The notes beneath the pieces are model-generated. The model was not told where the DNA came from. It searched no databases and saw nothing but the letters and a program-made list of their open reading frames with translations. Position numbers and translations under genes: made by a program. A DNA stretch of 51,719 nucleotides from a virus (taxonomy: Duplodnaviria > Heunggongvirae > Uroviricota > Caudoviricetes). The stretch's first letter is position 1; the number at the start of each line of letters is the position of its first letter. The DNA lies in the IMG/VR virus record IMGVR_UViG_3300013094_000021, one strand, 5' to 3'. Shown piece by piece: positions 18,885 to 28,926 of the stretch.

Positions 18885-19770
18885 ATATTTTGGAGCGCAA
18901 GGCAATATACTGTGCCAGAGCGATAGGATTATAAAAGCTCTTATCGAACTCGGTCACTCAGTAAACGAAAAAAATGATTATTTTGATTTTATTTATTCTA
19001 ATGATTGCGGGTCACATGATGAAGCCATAGTCTTCAAAAAACTTCATCCAAAATCAAAACTAATACTAAACGTATTAGACTGTCCAATACATATAAGTGG
19101 ATTTTCAAGCTGGCTTGACAAAACATCCATCCAACTAATGCAAGCGGATTTTGTTACAGCTATTTCCGAAACTGTTAGAAGAGATATTATTAATATATTT
19201 CCCTTTCTTTCAACAAAACATATTCCAGTAATTTACCAACCGATAAAAGATGTTTTTTATAAAAAAACTGATAAAATTCGCTCCGCTTTATTTGTTGGCA
19301 GGGCCAACGACCCAAATAAAAACTTCAAACTAGCTTCTGAAGCAGCAATGTATTCTGGAATTAAAATTGACGTTGTTGGGCCAGAAAACCCACTTGATTT
19401 ATATCCAAAGTATTCCAATTTCGTTAATTATTTAGGCTTGGTTTCGGACGAACAGTTAAATGAGGAATATAATAAGCATTCACTTACTTTTATAACTTCT
19501 TGGAACGAAGGAATCTGCCTGTCTTTGCCGGAATCAATAGTATGCCGAACCCCAGTTGTTTGCGTAAACACCATGAGAACCGCTTGGGAGTTCTGCCCCA
19601 AAGAATTTTTATGCGAAAACAATATCTTCGATATTACCAATAAAGTAAGCCAAGTTATATGCGGTAATTTCGACAAAACACTTGAAAATTATTCCTCTCA
19701 TTATAAAGAAATGTTTTCAGGAAAATCAGTGGCTAAAAATATTATAAATGTATATGCAGGAACAAAATAA
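18874..19770 (+). CDS. GT-B (GT4-like) glycosyltransferase
   Basis: LFVGRA...KNF and SWNEGICLSLPESI. Confidence 0.8.
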   Translation: MNIKYFGAQGNILCQSDRIIKALIELGHSVNEKNDYFDFIYSNDCGSHDEAIVFKKLHPKSKLILNVLDCPIHISGFSSWLDKTSIQLMQADFVTAISETVRRDIINIFPFLSTKHIPVIYQPIKDVFYKKTDKIRSALFVGRANDPNKNFKLASEAAMYSGIKIDVVGPENPLDLYPKYSNFVNYLGLVSDEQLNEEYNKHSLTFITSWNEGICLSLPESIVCRTPVVCVNTMRTAWEFCPKEFLCENNIFDITNKVSQVICGNFDKTLENYSSHYKEMFSGKSVAKNIINVYAGTK

Positions 19771-19945
19771 AGAATCAATAAAGGATTTCAACTCAGACTC
19801 AACTGTAATTGGAATTTTATTAAAAAAATTCAACCTTACCAAAAACGGGGTTTTGTCATTGGATTTAAAAAAAGAAGACTATCCAAATTCAGTTGCCTAT
19901 AGAATTGATTTAAAAAATAATAAATTAGATTTATACGTTGAATAA
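19748..19945 (+). CDS. hypothetical protein
   Basis: ORF track; co-oriented. Confidence 0.55.
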   Translation: MYMQEQNKESIKDFNSDSTVIGILLKKFNLTKNGVLSLDLKKEDYPNSVAYRIDLKNNKLDLYVE

Positions 19946-19985
19946 ATGTCTTGCCATTAGGCTTTTATTGGTGTAAAATAAAAAC

Positions 19986-20180
19986 GTGGAAAATAAAGAT
20001 TATTCCTCGGACGGTCTTTGGAAGTTCCGCTTGGAACCTGAGTATAAATACTCACCCAAAGAAGATATAACATTAAAAGAATTGGCGGCAATAGTTGCTT
20101 TAATAGCCAACAAAGCTGGCGGATTTGAAATAGAGGCTTTGCCTAAAAATATTAAAAGACATTTTCAATTAATTGAATAA
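19986..20180 (+). CDS. hypothetical protein
   Basis: ORF track (GTG start). Confidence 0.55.
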   Translation: MENKDYSSDGLWKFRLEPEYKYSPKEDITLKELAAIVALIANKAGGFEIEALPKNIKRHFQLIE

Positions 20181-20183
20181 AAT

Positions 20184-20696
20184 ATGATAACAGATAATCC
20201 AAGTCACCCAGATTTAAAAAAAGAAGAGTCTGGCAAGCAAAATAAAATATATCTTGTTCTTCCAGATTCAGAAAGAGCCAAGGGATTTGTCAGGCCATAC
20301 AGAGACTCATATATACACGTTGGGAGAGAGGTTCTTATATACGAGGAGCTAAATTTTGGATGCTCTTTGAAAAAACTAACTAAAGAAAATACAGAGAGAT
20401 ACAAAGAGTTCAACTGGACTTATGAGATACATTATTCAGAAAATTATAAAAAATTCAAAAACTCAAATGCTGTAAGCAGGTTTGTTGAAGCGCAAGAGAT
20501 GGTGGCATTTTTACATAATAAAAAAAGATACGGAGTAAACTGCGGATGCGTAACAAAAATGAACCCTAAAATTGCAGAAACCTACGCTAGAAATCCAAGT
20601 TTTTATGGACTTACATGGTGCATGAGGTGCGCCAAACATCTTCCTGTTGGAGAGTTTATTTGGGACGAAGTTAGCGGTCAAACAGTAGGAAGTTAA
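20184..20696 (+). CDS. phage-type hypothetical protein, possible Zn-binding
   Basis: ERAKGFVRP, H, CGCVT and WCMRC..H. Confidence 0.6.
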   Translation: MITDNPSHPDLKKEESGKQNKIYLVLPDSERAKGFVRPYRDSYIHVGREVLIYEELNFGCSLKKLTKENTERYKEFNWTYEIHYSENYKKFKNSNAVSRFVEAQEMVAFLHNKKRYGVNCGCVTKMNPKIAETYARNPSFYGLTWCMRCAKHLPVGEFIWDEVSGQTVGS

Positions 20697-20700
20697 TTTT

Positions 20701-21534
20701 ATGAAGATTGGAGTTATATTTTGTTGTTACGGAACCCCCGAATATATTAGCCCCTGCCTTGAAAACTGGTTGAAATTAAAAGATAAATATAATATTAAAA
20801 TCGCGGCAGTTCACGGTCAATTTAAAGAATATCATACAAATGGAGTTGAGGATAACGATTATGATACTCAAATCAAACTAAAAGATTTAAATTTTAACAA
20901 ACAAATAGACTATCTTTATATTCAGAATGATTACAATGTTTTTTATCCAGACTCAATAAAATATAATGGATATATTTTCCAAACAGAATCTGAAATTAGA
21001 GACAAGGGACTGCAATACTTATTGAAAGAAAATGTTGACTATATATGGCTTCTAGATTTAGACGAATTTTACACTGAGGAACAAATTAAAAGCATTATTG
21101 AATACATAGATGACGGATGCAACCAATTTTATTGCTGGTGGTCAATACCAATGAAAAACTATATTTTTTCAGGCAAAGAGTATATAAAAGGTTTTTCGCC
21201 TCCAAGAATTTTTAAAACAAAATTTAATGATTTTCTTAATTTGAACAAATTTTATTTCGACAACGACATATCGTATATTCGCAACCCAATGAATGCCAAT
21301 GTGTCATACAAAGAACTACCTAATAAGAAAATTCCAGATAGTAAAATTGCCGGAGGGGTTTCTCATAAAACTTGGCTTCATTCCAATGGAGAGCAAAAAG
21401 TAAATTATCAAATAAAGCATTTTAACGGAATATGCTCATATAAATTTAACAAAGAAAAAGGAGAGTTAGAGTTTGACAAAAACTATTATATAAAATATAA
21501 TATACCTATACCAGAGGTATATGAAGATGAATAA
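20701..21534 (+). CDS. GT-A fold glycosyltransferase-like protein
   Basis: IRDKGL and YIWLLDLDEFY (DxD). Confidence 0.65.
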   Translation: MKIGVIFCCYGTPEYISPCLENWLKLKDKYNIKIAAVHGQFKEYHTNGVEDNDYDTQIKLKDLNFNKQIDYLYIQNDYNVFYPDSIKYNGYIFQTESEIRDKGLQYLLKENVDYIWLLDLDEFYTEEQIKSIIEYIDDGCNQFYCWWSIPMKNYIFSGKEYIKGFSPPRIFKTKFNDFLNLNKFYFDNDISYIRNPMNANVSYKELPNKKIPDSKIAGGVSHKTWLHSNGEQKVNYQIKHFNGICSYKFNKEKGELEFDKNYYIKYNIPIPEVYEDE

Positions 21535-22561
21535 AAAAATAGCATTAGTTATTGGAATTTCTGGAATGGATGGAGAGTCCATTTCTCACCTTTTACTTTC
21601 AAAAAATTACAAAGTAATTGGGACTTATAGAAAAAACACTCAACTCAATCTTGAAGATTTGGTTTCGTCATATCCTCCTAATTCGGATATAAATTTAGAA
21701 TATTGCGATATTTCAGACTTTAATTCAGTTAAAATTTTATTTGAAAACGTATTGAATAAACACTCAAAAATTGATGAGGTTTATCTTTTGGCCGCTCAAT
21801 CTCACGTTGGAAATTCATTTTCATCGGCGGAAACTACCGTAATTACTAATGGTATGTCTGTTTTTAGTTTTTTAGAAAATATTAGAAATTTAACACCAAA
21901 AACAAGACTATATTTTGCTGCAACCAGCGAGCTTCTAGGTGGCGACCCATCTAGGTGCCCTTTCAATGAAAAATCTGAGTATGAGTGCAGAAGTCCATAT
22001 TCAATAGGCAAAGAACTAGGAACAAGATGGATTAAATACTTCAATCAAACATACGGGATTTACGCTTGCTACGGAATACTGTTCAATCACTCAAACTGTT
22101 CTCGCGGAAAATCTTTCTACATTAGAAGAGTGACTAATTCAGCCGCAAGAATCGCATTAGGCAAACAAAAAGAACTGTATTTAGGCAATCTAAACTTCTA
22201 TAGGGACGAACATTGGTCTGACTTCGGGACGGAAGCCATGTGGAAAATGCTTCAATTGGAAAATCCAGAGACGCTCGTTGTTTGCAGAGGTAAATGTTTC
22301 CACGGCGAAGAATTTCTGGACGAAGCTTTTGGATATTTCAATCTTGACTGGAAGAAATACGTTAAAATTGAAAAATCAATATTTAGACCAAATGAAGTTG
22401 TTAAACTGGTCGGTGACCCAACTAAAGCGATACAGAAAATAGGCTGGAGGCCGGATAGAATGTCTTTTAAAAACCACATATCATTAATGTGCGAAAATGA
22501 CGTAAAATTAGAGCAAGGTTTGACTCCTAAAAGACCAGACGTTTTCAATCTTTTCCCATGA
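21521..22561 (+). CDS. gmd: GDP-mannose 4,6-dehydratase
   Basis: GISGMDG, LAAQSHV..SF, ATSE, SPYSIGK, ILFNH and LGNL...RD. Confidence 0.92.
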   Translation: MKMNKKIALVIGISGMDGESISHLLLSKNYKVIGTYRKNTQLNLEDLVSSYPPNSDINLEYCDISDFNSVKILFENVLNKHSKIDEVYLLAAQSHVGNSFSSAETTVITNGMSVFSFLENIRNLTPKTRLYFAATSELLGGDPSRCPFNEKSEYECRSPYSIGKELGTRWIKYFNQTYGIYACYGILFNHSNCSRGKSFYIRRVTNSAARIALGKQKELYLGNLNFYRDEHWSDFGTEAMWKMLQLENPETLVVCRGKCFHGEEFLDEAFGYFNLDWKKYVKIEKSIFRPNEVVKLVGDPTKAIQKIGWRPDRMSFKNHISLMCENDVKLEQGLTPKRPDVFNLFP

Positions 22562-22715
22562 AAGTAATATACAAGCTAGACCCAAACAAAAACAAAGATT
22601 TAATAAAAAAACTAAATGAAAAAGAAAAAATTCTACTGTCAAAAAAGATAGGAAAAGAAGTTTCCGACAAAGACTTAAAAAACCATAATTTTCTAAATAT
22701 TAGAAAGCCAAACAA

Positions 22716-23201
22716 ATGAATAGATTATCTTGGGATGAATATGGATGTTTTTTAGCATTAGTGGGGAAAAGCCGCTCAATTGACCCGCATACAAGAATCG
22801 GCGGCTCCGCCTTTTCTTCTGAAAATAGAGTTTTAGGTGTTTCGTATAATGGATTGAAGTCTGGAATGGAGCTTCCAGATTGGATGACTTTAGAGGAGAA
22901 TAGAGCGAAAAAAGGAGACTTAATGCTTCATTGCGAATCCAATTTATGCTCTCTTTTAACAAGAAACCAATGCACAACAATTTATCTAACGCAAAGTCCG
23001 TGTATCAAATGCTGCCAAAATATAGCCGCTCTTAACATACAAAGAGTCGTATATTTAAAAGAATACAAAAACTGTGGAAAGTTTAAAGAATTTCTTGAAT
23101 TCCATCGAATTCAATTTGAGCAACTGAATTCAGATAGTAAAAAAAACATACTTAATTATATAAAAGATACATCTAATTTCGATGAATTATGCACTCAATA
23201 G
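22716..23201 (+). CDS. dCMP deaminase
   Basis: RS.DP.T.IG, SYNG, LHCESN and SPCIKC. Confidence 0.9.
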   Translation: MNRLSWDEYGCFLALVGKSRSIDPHTRIGGSAFSSENRVLGVSYNGLKSGMELPDWMTLEENRAKKGDLMLHCESNLCSLLTRNQCTTIYLTQSPCIKCCQNIAALNIQRVVYLKEYKNCGKFKEFLEFHRIQFEQLNSDSKKNILNYIKDTSNFDELCTQ

Positions 23202-23554
23202 AAAATGCTAAATCAATAATTGGTTTTTTGGAGTCAAAAGCCAGAGAAAACGGAATGAGCGTATCTCTCGGCGGCTCGGTCATACACAAAGGCCATTCAA
23301 ATAATGACATTGATTTAATAGTTTTTAATCTTAAAACTTCAATAAAACCAAACCACGAAAAATTCATAAAAGATATTCTAAGCGAATATGCTATTAATAT
23401 GCTTGGATGCGTTGACCACTCTGGATTCGGTGACGAAAAACTCGTTTATAAATTTAAAACAACCGAGGGAATAAGAATTGATATTTTATTTGTTAATTTA
23501 TTGTTCAAGGATAGAATTCCTGATGTAAAAATTTTAAAAAGAAAAAATAAATAA
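23189..23554 (+). CDS. minimal nucleotidyltransferase (Pol beta superfamily)-like protein
   Basis: LGGSV...NDIDLIV and IDI. Confidence 0.6.
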   Translation: MHSIENAKSIIGFLESKARENGMSVSLGGSVIHKGHSNNDIDLIVFNLKTSIKPNHEKFIKDILSEYAINMLGCVDHSGFGDEKLVYKFKTTEGIRIDILFVNLLFKDRIPDVKILKRKNK

Positions 23555-23560
23555 TACAAC

Positions 23561-23589
23561 TTGACATAAAGCAAATAAACCGCTATAAT
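23561..23589 (+). promoter_or_regulatory. sigma70-type promoter
   Basis: TTGACA-N17-TATAAT. Confidence 0.8.
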
Positions 23590-23605
23590 CATACATAATA
23601 AATTT

Positions 23606-24712
23606 ATGTCAAAAATAAAAGAAGATTCTTCCTTAATCACTCCTTCGCAGCAAGTTTCAGCCTTTTTAAAAGAGCATAAAGGCGAACACTACAATTTTGA
23701 AGAAGATAATTATTATAAAGTTCCAAGCTCTAGCCTTAATTTAAATCTTGAGCTTGCATCTGGAATACCTCCGGGCGCTCATAGGTTTATAGGAATAACC
23801 GCCGGTGGCAAAACTTCCTGCTCTTTGGATTTCATGCTTAATTTTCTTAAGCTAGATAAAACCAACAGAGCCGTTTATTTCAAAAGCGAAGGAAGGTTAA
23901 GCCCAGAAGTCCAAGCTAGGTCTGGAATAGAATTCACTCTAGACCCAGAAAAATGGAATAACAATTGCCTAGTTTTAGAGTCTAATATCTACGAAACAAT
24001 ATTTGGCTTCATAAGAACTTTGATAGTTGATAATCCAACCAAAACAAAATACTTCTTTATTATTGACTCCGTTGACAACATGGTTAAAAAAGACGACCTA
24101 GATAAGCCACTTGAGGAAGCTCAAACGGTGGCCGGTGGAGCCTTGATAACATCTGTATTCTTAAAGAAAACGGCGTTGGCTTTAGCTAAAAGAGGCCATA
24201 TACTTATTTTTATTTCTCAAGTCAGAGAGGAAATTAAAATAAATCAATATCAAAAAACTACCCCAAGACAAGGAAAATCTTCCGGCGGACACGCGCTTGA
24301 ACACGCAGCCTCGGTTGTCTTGGACTTTCTTCCAAGGTTTAACGACGATATAATTAGAGAAAAAAACGACGATAAAAATAGTAAAATACTTGGGCATAGA
24401 TGCAAGGTTAAAATTGTAAAAAGCGACAATGAAAATTACTCAGAGGTTACATACCCAATTTGTTACGGAAGAAAAGGCGGAACTAGCGTATGGAGAGAAC
24501 TTGAAATTTTTGACCAAATGGTTATGTGGAATTTAATAAAAAGAGAAGGTCAAGGCTCCTTCATAGTTAATGCCTCTATATTGTCCGAATTCAAATCAAT
24601 CGGCATTGAATTTCCAGAAAAATTTAGAACAGCATCAAAATTTCAAGAATTTTTAATTGAAAATCCAAAATGCACGGATTATTTATTCAATAAATTTAAA
24701 CACATATACTAA
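23606..24712 (+). CDS. recA: RecA/UvsX-like recombinase
   Basis: GITAGGKTS, SEGRL, FIIDSV, FISQVR, SGGHALEH and GH..KVKIVKS. Confidence 0.85.
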   Translation: MSKIKEDSSLITPSQQVSAFLKEHKGEHYNFEEDNYYKVPSSSLNLNLELASGIPPGAHRFIGITAGGKTSCSLDFMLNFLKLDKTNRAVYFKSEGRLSPEVQARSGIEFTLDPEKWNNNCLVLESNIYETIFGFIRTLIVDNPTKTKYFFIIDSVDNMVKKDDLDKPLEEAQTVAGGALITSVFLKKTALALAKRGHILIFISQVREEIKINQYQKTTPRQGKSSGGHALEHAASVVLDFLPRFNDDIIREKNDDKNSKILGHRCKVKIVKSDNENYSEVTYPICYGRKGGTSVWRELEIFDQMVMWNLIKREGQGSFIVNASILSEFKSIGIEFPEKFRTASKFQEFLIENPKCTDYLFNKFKHIY

Positions 24713-24714
24713 AT

Positions 24715-25140
24715 GTGAAAGTAACCAATCTAAATGGATTTGAAAAGAAATACCTTCTAAACGCCAGAAAGTATGCTATAGACTGGGAAAAAGATGGCGC
24801 AAGCAAACTAGAGAGGCGATTTAAAGAATTAATAAGACCATACTGGAAAAATCAAATAGTTCTTTTTCAAGCTAGGATACCGGGCAGCCTTCTTAGACTT
24901 GACTTCTTAAATCTAAACAAGAAGATTTTGGTTGAAATTGACGGCCCGCAACACGATGAATTTAACAAATTTTTTCACAATAACTCAAGAAACGAATATA
25001 TGAGGCATATACAAAGAGACTTCAAAAAAGAAGATTGGTGTAAAAAAAATGATATAACTGTAATAAGATTAGACTCATCTGATTTAGAAAACTTTTCGCC
25101 ATCTTATGTTCTTGACAAATACGGAATTTCTATAGTATAA
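24715..25140 (+). CDS. Vsr/DUF559-like endonuclease
   Basis: LRLDFL, VEIDGPQH and RD..K. Confidence 0.7.
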   Translation: MKVTNLNGFEKKYLLNARKYAIDWEKDGASKLERRFKELIRPYWKNQIVLFQARIPGSLLRLDFLNLNKKILVEIDGPQHDEFNKFFHNNSRNEYMRHIQRDFKKEDWCKKNDITVIRLDSSDLENFSPSYVLDKYGISIV

Positions 25141-25147
25141 TGAATCA

Positions 25148-25507
25148 ATGAAATTCAGAATCTTCCATAAAACATTAAAGATTTTTCTTAAAAAAGAAGA
25201 ATGGTTTCTAAATCAAGACGGCGAAGTATTTTTTTTTGATTTAGGCGAAAATAATATTTCAAAGCTTGAAAAAAACCTATATAGGCTTGACTTTTTTTCC
25301 GGTTTTAAAGATAAAAACTGCAAAGATATATATGAAAAAGATAAGGTTTCTTGGTCTGAAAAAATAAACTGGAACAAAAGAATTCCAGACGCGGACTTGA
25401 GCGATTATAAATACAAAGGAGAGGTTATATACAATAATGGTTTCTATATCAAATCCGACGGATTGCTTTATGATTTTTGTTTTTGCAATGATTTAGAACT
25501 GCTGTGA
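25148..25507 (+). CDS. YopX-like protein
   Basis: MKFRIF...G.KDKN.KDIYEKD.V. Confidence 0.65.
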   Translation: MKFRIFHKTLKIFLKKEEWFLNQDGEVFFFDLGENNISKLEKNLYRLDFFSGFKDKNCKDIYEKDKVSWSEKINWNKRIPDADLSDYKYKGEVIYNNGFYIKSDGLLYDFCFCNDLELL

Positions 25508-25508
25508 T

Positions 25509-25850
25509 ATGAGAACCACTAAATCACTAAAATCCTTAATAAAAAAAATTAAATCGGTTGGTTTTTATAATTGGCTAATAAATGAAAACAAATACGAATA
25601 CGATGGTTCCTGCCCTTGTTTTTATTTTGTAATACCAGAGTATGAAATCGAATTGGACTGCTCATGCTGGAGAACCGGCGGATTTAAATTCTCCGGCCTT
25701 GCGGTTTCCGATAAAAAAGATGATTATTCATATTCTGATTTGAAAGATTTAACCATTTTGATTATGTCGGAAATTACCGAAAGATGGAGCAATACCGACT
25801 GGGAATATAGGATAAATGATGGTATTGATTGCGATTATGTTGTGGATTGA
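25509..25850 (+). CDS. hypothetical protein
   Basis: ORF track; abuts upstream gene. Confidence 0.65.
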   Translation: MRTTKSLKSLIKKIKSVGFYNWLINENKYEYDGSCPCFYFVIPEYEIELDCSCWRTGGFKFSGLAVSDKKDDYSYSDLKDLTILIMSEITERWSNTDWEYRINDGIDCDYVVD

Positions 25851-25881
25851 AATTTTATGATTTTTATACTGAGGACGAAAA

Positions 25882-26868
25882 ATGCCAACTATTTTAAATT
25901 CCAAATCAATATATTATAATGACGTTAATCTAATAGCTAGGCCGTCATCTATTAATTCTCGCTCTGAAATACCTAAAGAATTTCACAGGATTATTGTTTC
26001 GCCAATGGAATCGGTAGTTGGAGAAAAATTCGCCATCGAATCAGACAGGCTAGGATTGACGGTTTGTTTGCATAGGTTTTGCGACATAGAAAAACAAATA
26101 GATATTTTCCACAAATTAAAAAATAAGCAAAATGTCTTTGCGTCTGTTGGTCTTAAAGACACCGAAAGACTAAAAAAACTATTTGATTGCGGCGTTGAAA
26201 ATATTTTGATTGACTGCGCCAATGGCTATCTCCCTGCTATAAAAAATTGCTTGAATTTTATTAATTATGTTTATAGCGGAAAATTAAATAAAATAATGCT
26301 CGGTAATGTGATGACCGACACCGGCTTTTATAATTTAACTAACTGCATTGCAAACACATACATAAGAGTCGGAATTGCTGGTGGGTCCGCCTGTTCTACT
26401 TCCGACGCAACCGGATATAATAGAGGTCAAATAACTGAAATAATGGAATGCCATAAGTGTAAAAAATCAATAGGTTACACGATGGGTAAACAAACCTATT
26501 TAATTGCAGATGGAGGCATAAAAAACGGAAACTATGCAGCCAAGGCTTTTGGCTCCGGCGCTGACTTTGTAATGCTAGGCGGTTACTTTTCAAGAGCAAT
26601 TGAAGCTGAAACTCATGTTATAGGTGACGGAAATTATTGGGGAGGCGCAAGCAGCAAGCAGCACGAAAGAATCGGAATAAAAGGAAAGCACAGCGAAGGA
26701 AAAGTTTACAAAGTTACCGAAGAATTAAAACCGCTTGAAGTATTGGTTAATGAGCTATGGGGAGGTTTAAGCAGCGCCGTTTCTTATAGCGGATATTCAA
26801 CTTTAACTGAATTCATTGGTAATGGGGTTTTTGAAATAAAGCAAAATAGTTTGCCGCCTAAAAGATAA
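25882..26868 (+). CDS. guaC: GMP reductase (IMPDH/GMPR family, no CBS domain)
   Basis: ID.ANG, GNV, RVGIAGGSACST, IADGGI, FG.GADFVMLG and SEG. Confidence 0.85.
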   Translation: MPTILNSKSIYYNDVNLIARPSSINSRSEIPKEFHRIIVSPMESVVGEKFAIESDRLGLTVCLHRFCDIEKQIDIFHKLKNKQNVFASVGLKDTERLKKLFDCGVENILIDCANGYLPAIKNCLNFINYVYSGKLNKIMLGNVMTDTGFYNLTNCIANTYIRVGIAGGSACSTSDATGYNRGQITEIMECHKCKKSIGYTMGKQTYLIADGGIKNGNYAAKAFGSGADFVMLGGYFSRAIEAETHVIGDGNYWGGASSKQHERIGIKGKHSEGKVYKVTEELKPLEVLVNELWGGLSSAVSYSGYSTLTEFIGNGVFEIKQNSLPPKR

Positions 26869-26952
26869 TTTTTGCAATTATTATCAATTGCATGGTGGAG
26901 GCGGTGTAATAAATATAGGTTTACGGTTATCCTTTAAAAACCGATTAAATTT

Positions 26953-27374
26953 GGGCGGTTACTGGTTTCGACTATTGTAATCAGTAAATTAATGCAGGTC
27001 GTAGAGCATTGGGCTACGAAAAAAGATGCACAAAATAAATGCTAAAAATGCGTTGAAAAACGCCGTTGCGAAAGTTAAAGAAGTTTACGCTTCTGCTTGT
27101 GAATCGGTTTCCGCCGCTTTGCAGGTTCCTAGCATGGCAATGTCTGTAGCTTAAATTACAGCCGATTAACTGAATGACCCAGATATTTTAGTTAATCGTC
27201 ATATTTCTGGAAAAACGTATATGGATAAATATACGAAAAACAACTATCCAATATTTTTGAAAAAGTTTGTTGATTTAAATGTTCAAAAATTAATCGGTTA
27301 AAAATTAACTAAACCTGTAGAATTAGTTTGTTTATTGTAATAGGACATGGGTTCAACTCCCATACCGTCCACCA
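26953..27374 (+). ncRNA. ssrA: tmRNA
   Basis: GGGCGGT/ACCGTCC-ACCA acceptor with G3-U70, GGTTTCGAC 5' motif, T-arm ATGGG-TTCAACT-CCCAT, helix 2 and pk1 pairings, ATAAAT-GCT resume context. Confidence 0.95.
27041..27154 (+). other. tmRNA tag reading frame (A)AKNALKNAVAKVKEVYASACESVSAALQVPSMAMSVA*
   Basis: Translated from the GCT after pk1/ATAAAT to TAA. Confidence 0.8.
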
Positions 27375-27417
27375 TTTTTATCTTGCAAAAATTTTGTTTC
27401 ATACTATAATATAAATC

Positions 27418-28914
27418 ATGTTTTATCCAGAATCTCTAGTTAGCATTCGCACCGAAAGTCAATTTCTCGGCGGACTTATAAAAAATCCAAAATTCTTAGT
27501 CGAAATGGATTCTTTTGTGAGTGAAAAGCTTTTTTATCACAAAATACATAAAACCTGTTTTTCAATTCTATCTGGTTTGGTTTATAACGGAAAAGAAGTT
27601 AATCGAGTAATACTGGCGGAACAAGCGAAGCAACTTGGCATAAACCAATTCGAGGATATAAACCTTTTCGAGTATTTAGACAGCATATCTTTTACAAATG
27701 TCAATTTAAAAGGTCTGGAAGAGCTTTCCGGCGAGCTTTTAAAATTAAGTATTCGCAGAGAGTTATGGGACAACACAAGCGCAATACAGCATTTTATTAA
27801 GGAAAATGGCGACAGAGAGTTAGACGAACTGATAAACGGAGTTGACGGAATTTACGGTTCAATGGATTTAAATTATAAATTTAGTGACTACCCGAAGGAT
27901 GTTTATGCCGACATAGAATCAATAATACACGAAATAGCTAAAAATCCAATAGAGGAAACCGGACTAAAAACTCCTTTTGAATTATTCAATAAATGGTTCG
28001 GCGGTCTTTGCTCTGGCGATGGAGTCTATGTAACAACAGGCTCAAGTGGCGGCGGAAAGTCATGTTATTTGTTTAATATGGCTAAAGGAACCGCTGAATT
28101 AAACAACTGCAAGGCGTTAGTTCTTGATACCGAAATGTCATTTAAGATGAATATGTTTCGCGCGGCTTCTGCCGGAACTCAGGTCAATCAGTGGTTTCTC
28201 AAAACCGGAAACTGGATTAAAAGAGATGATTTGAGCAAAAAGGTTTCATCTGGCCTTTCAAAATTAAAGGAGTATAAGGGTTCGATATATCATCAATACA
28301 TACCAAATAAAGAAATAAAAGAAGTCCTTTCTATGGCTAAAAGATGGTATTACAAAGAATGCGGAAAAGGAAATCCAGCCATCATAATTTATGACTATTT
28401 AAAGATAACGTCTGATTTAGATAAAAACAGGCAAGAATGGCAACAATTGGGCGACAAAATAAGTTATCTAAATGAACTTGGTCACGAATTGAACATACCG
28501 ATTTATACCGGCGCACAGCAGAATAGGACTGCTTTTGAGGCTAACGGAGCAAGAAGGGACGACTCAACTACTGTTGGCGGCTCCGACAGAATACAGCAAT
28601 ACTCCTGCTTTAATTCAATCTTTAGAGAGAAGACTCTTGAAGAGATATCTGAACACGGAAATTCATTCGGAACTCATGTTTTGATACCTATTAAAAGCAG
28701 CAGAACATCAGGCGTTGATAATTTCGATTTGAATAAAAACGTCGAAATAATAGACTCATCTACCGGAAAGAAAAAATGGAAAAGAAACTTTCTATGCTAT
28801 GAGATTTCAAATTACCTAGTTTCAGAAAAAGGATGCTATGGAGATGTTGTGAAGTCGCTTGGTTTTAATAAACCACTTCAAAAAGAAAAAAAAGAAAATT
28901 CTATACAAATTTAA
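27418..28914 (+). CDS. dnaB: replicative DnaB-like helicase
   Basis: E..FLGGLI, GLKTPF, GSSGGGKS, DTEMS, YDYL, GAQQNR and GSDRI.Q. Confidence 0.9.
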   Translation: MFYPESLVSIRTESQFLGGLIKNPKFLVEMDSFVSEKLFYHKIHKTCFSILSGLVYNGKEVNRVILAEQAKQLGINQFEDINLFEYLDSISFTNVNLKGLEELSGELLKLSIRRELWDNTSAIQHFIKENGDRELDELINGVDGIYGSMDLNYKFSDYPKDVYADIESIIHEIAKNPIEETGLKTPFELFNKWFGGLCSGDGVYVTTGSSGGGKSCYLFNMAKGTAELNNCKALVLDTEMSFKMNMFRAASAGTQVNQWFLKTGNWIKRDDLSKKVSSGLSKLKEYKGSIYHQYIPNKEIKEVLSMAKRWYYKECGKGNPAIIIYDYLKITSDLDKNRQEWQQLGDKISYLNELGHELNIPIYTGAQQNRTAFEANGARRDDSTTVGGSDRIQQYSCFNSIFREKTLEEISEHGNSFGTHVLIPIKSSRTSGVDNFDLNKNVEIIDSSTGKKKWKRNFLCYEISNYLVSEKGCYGDVVKSLGFNKPLQKEKKENSIQI

Positions 28915-28926
28915 TATAATTACATT

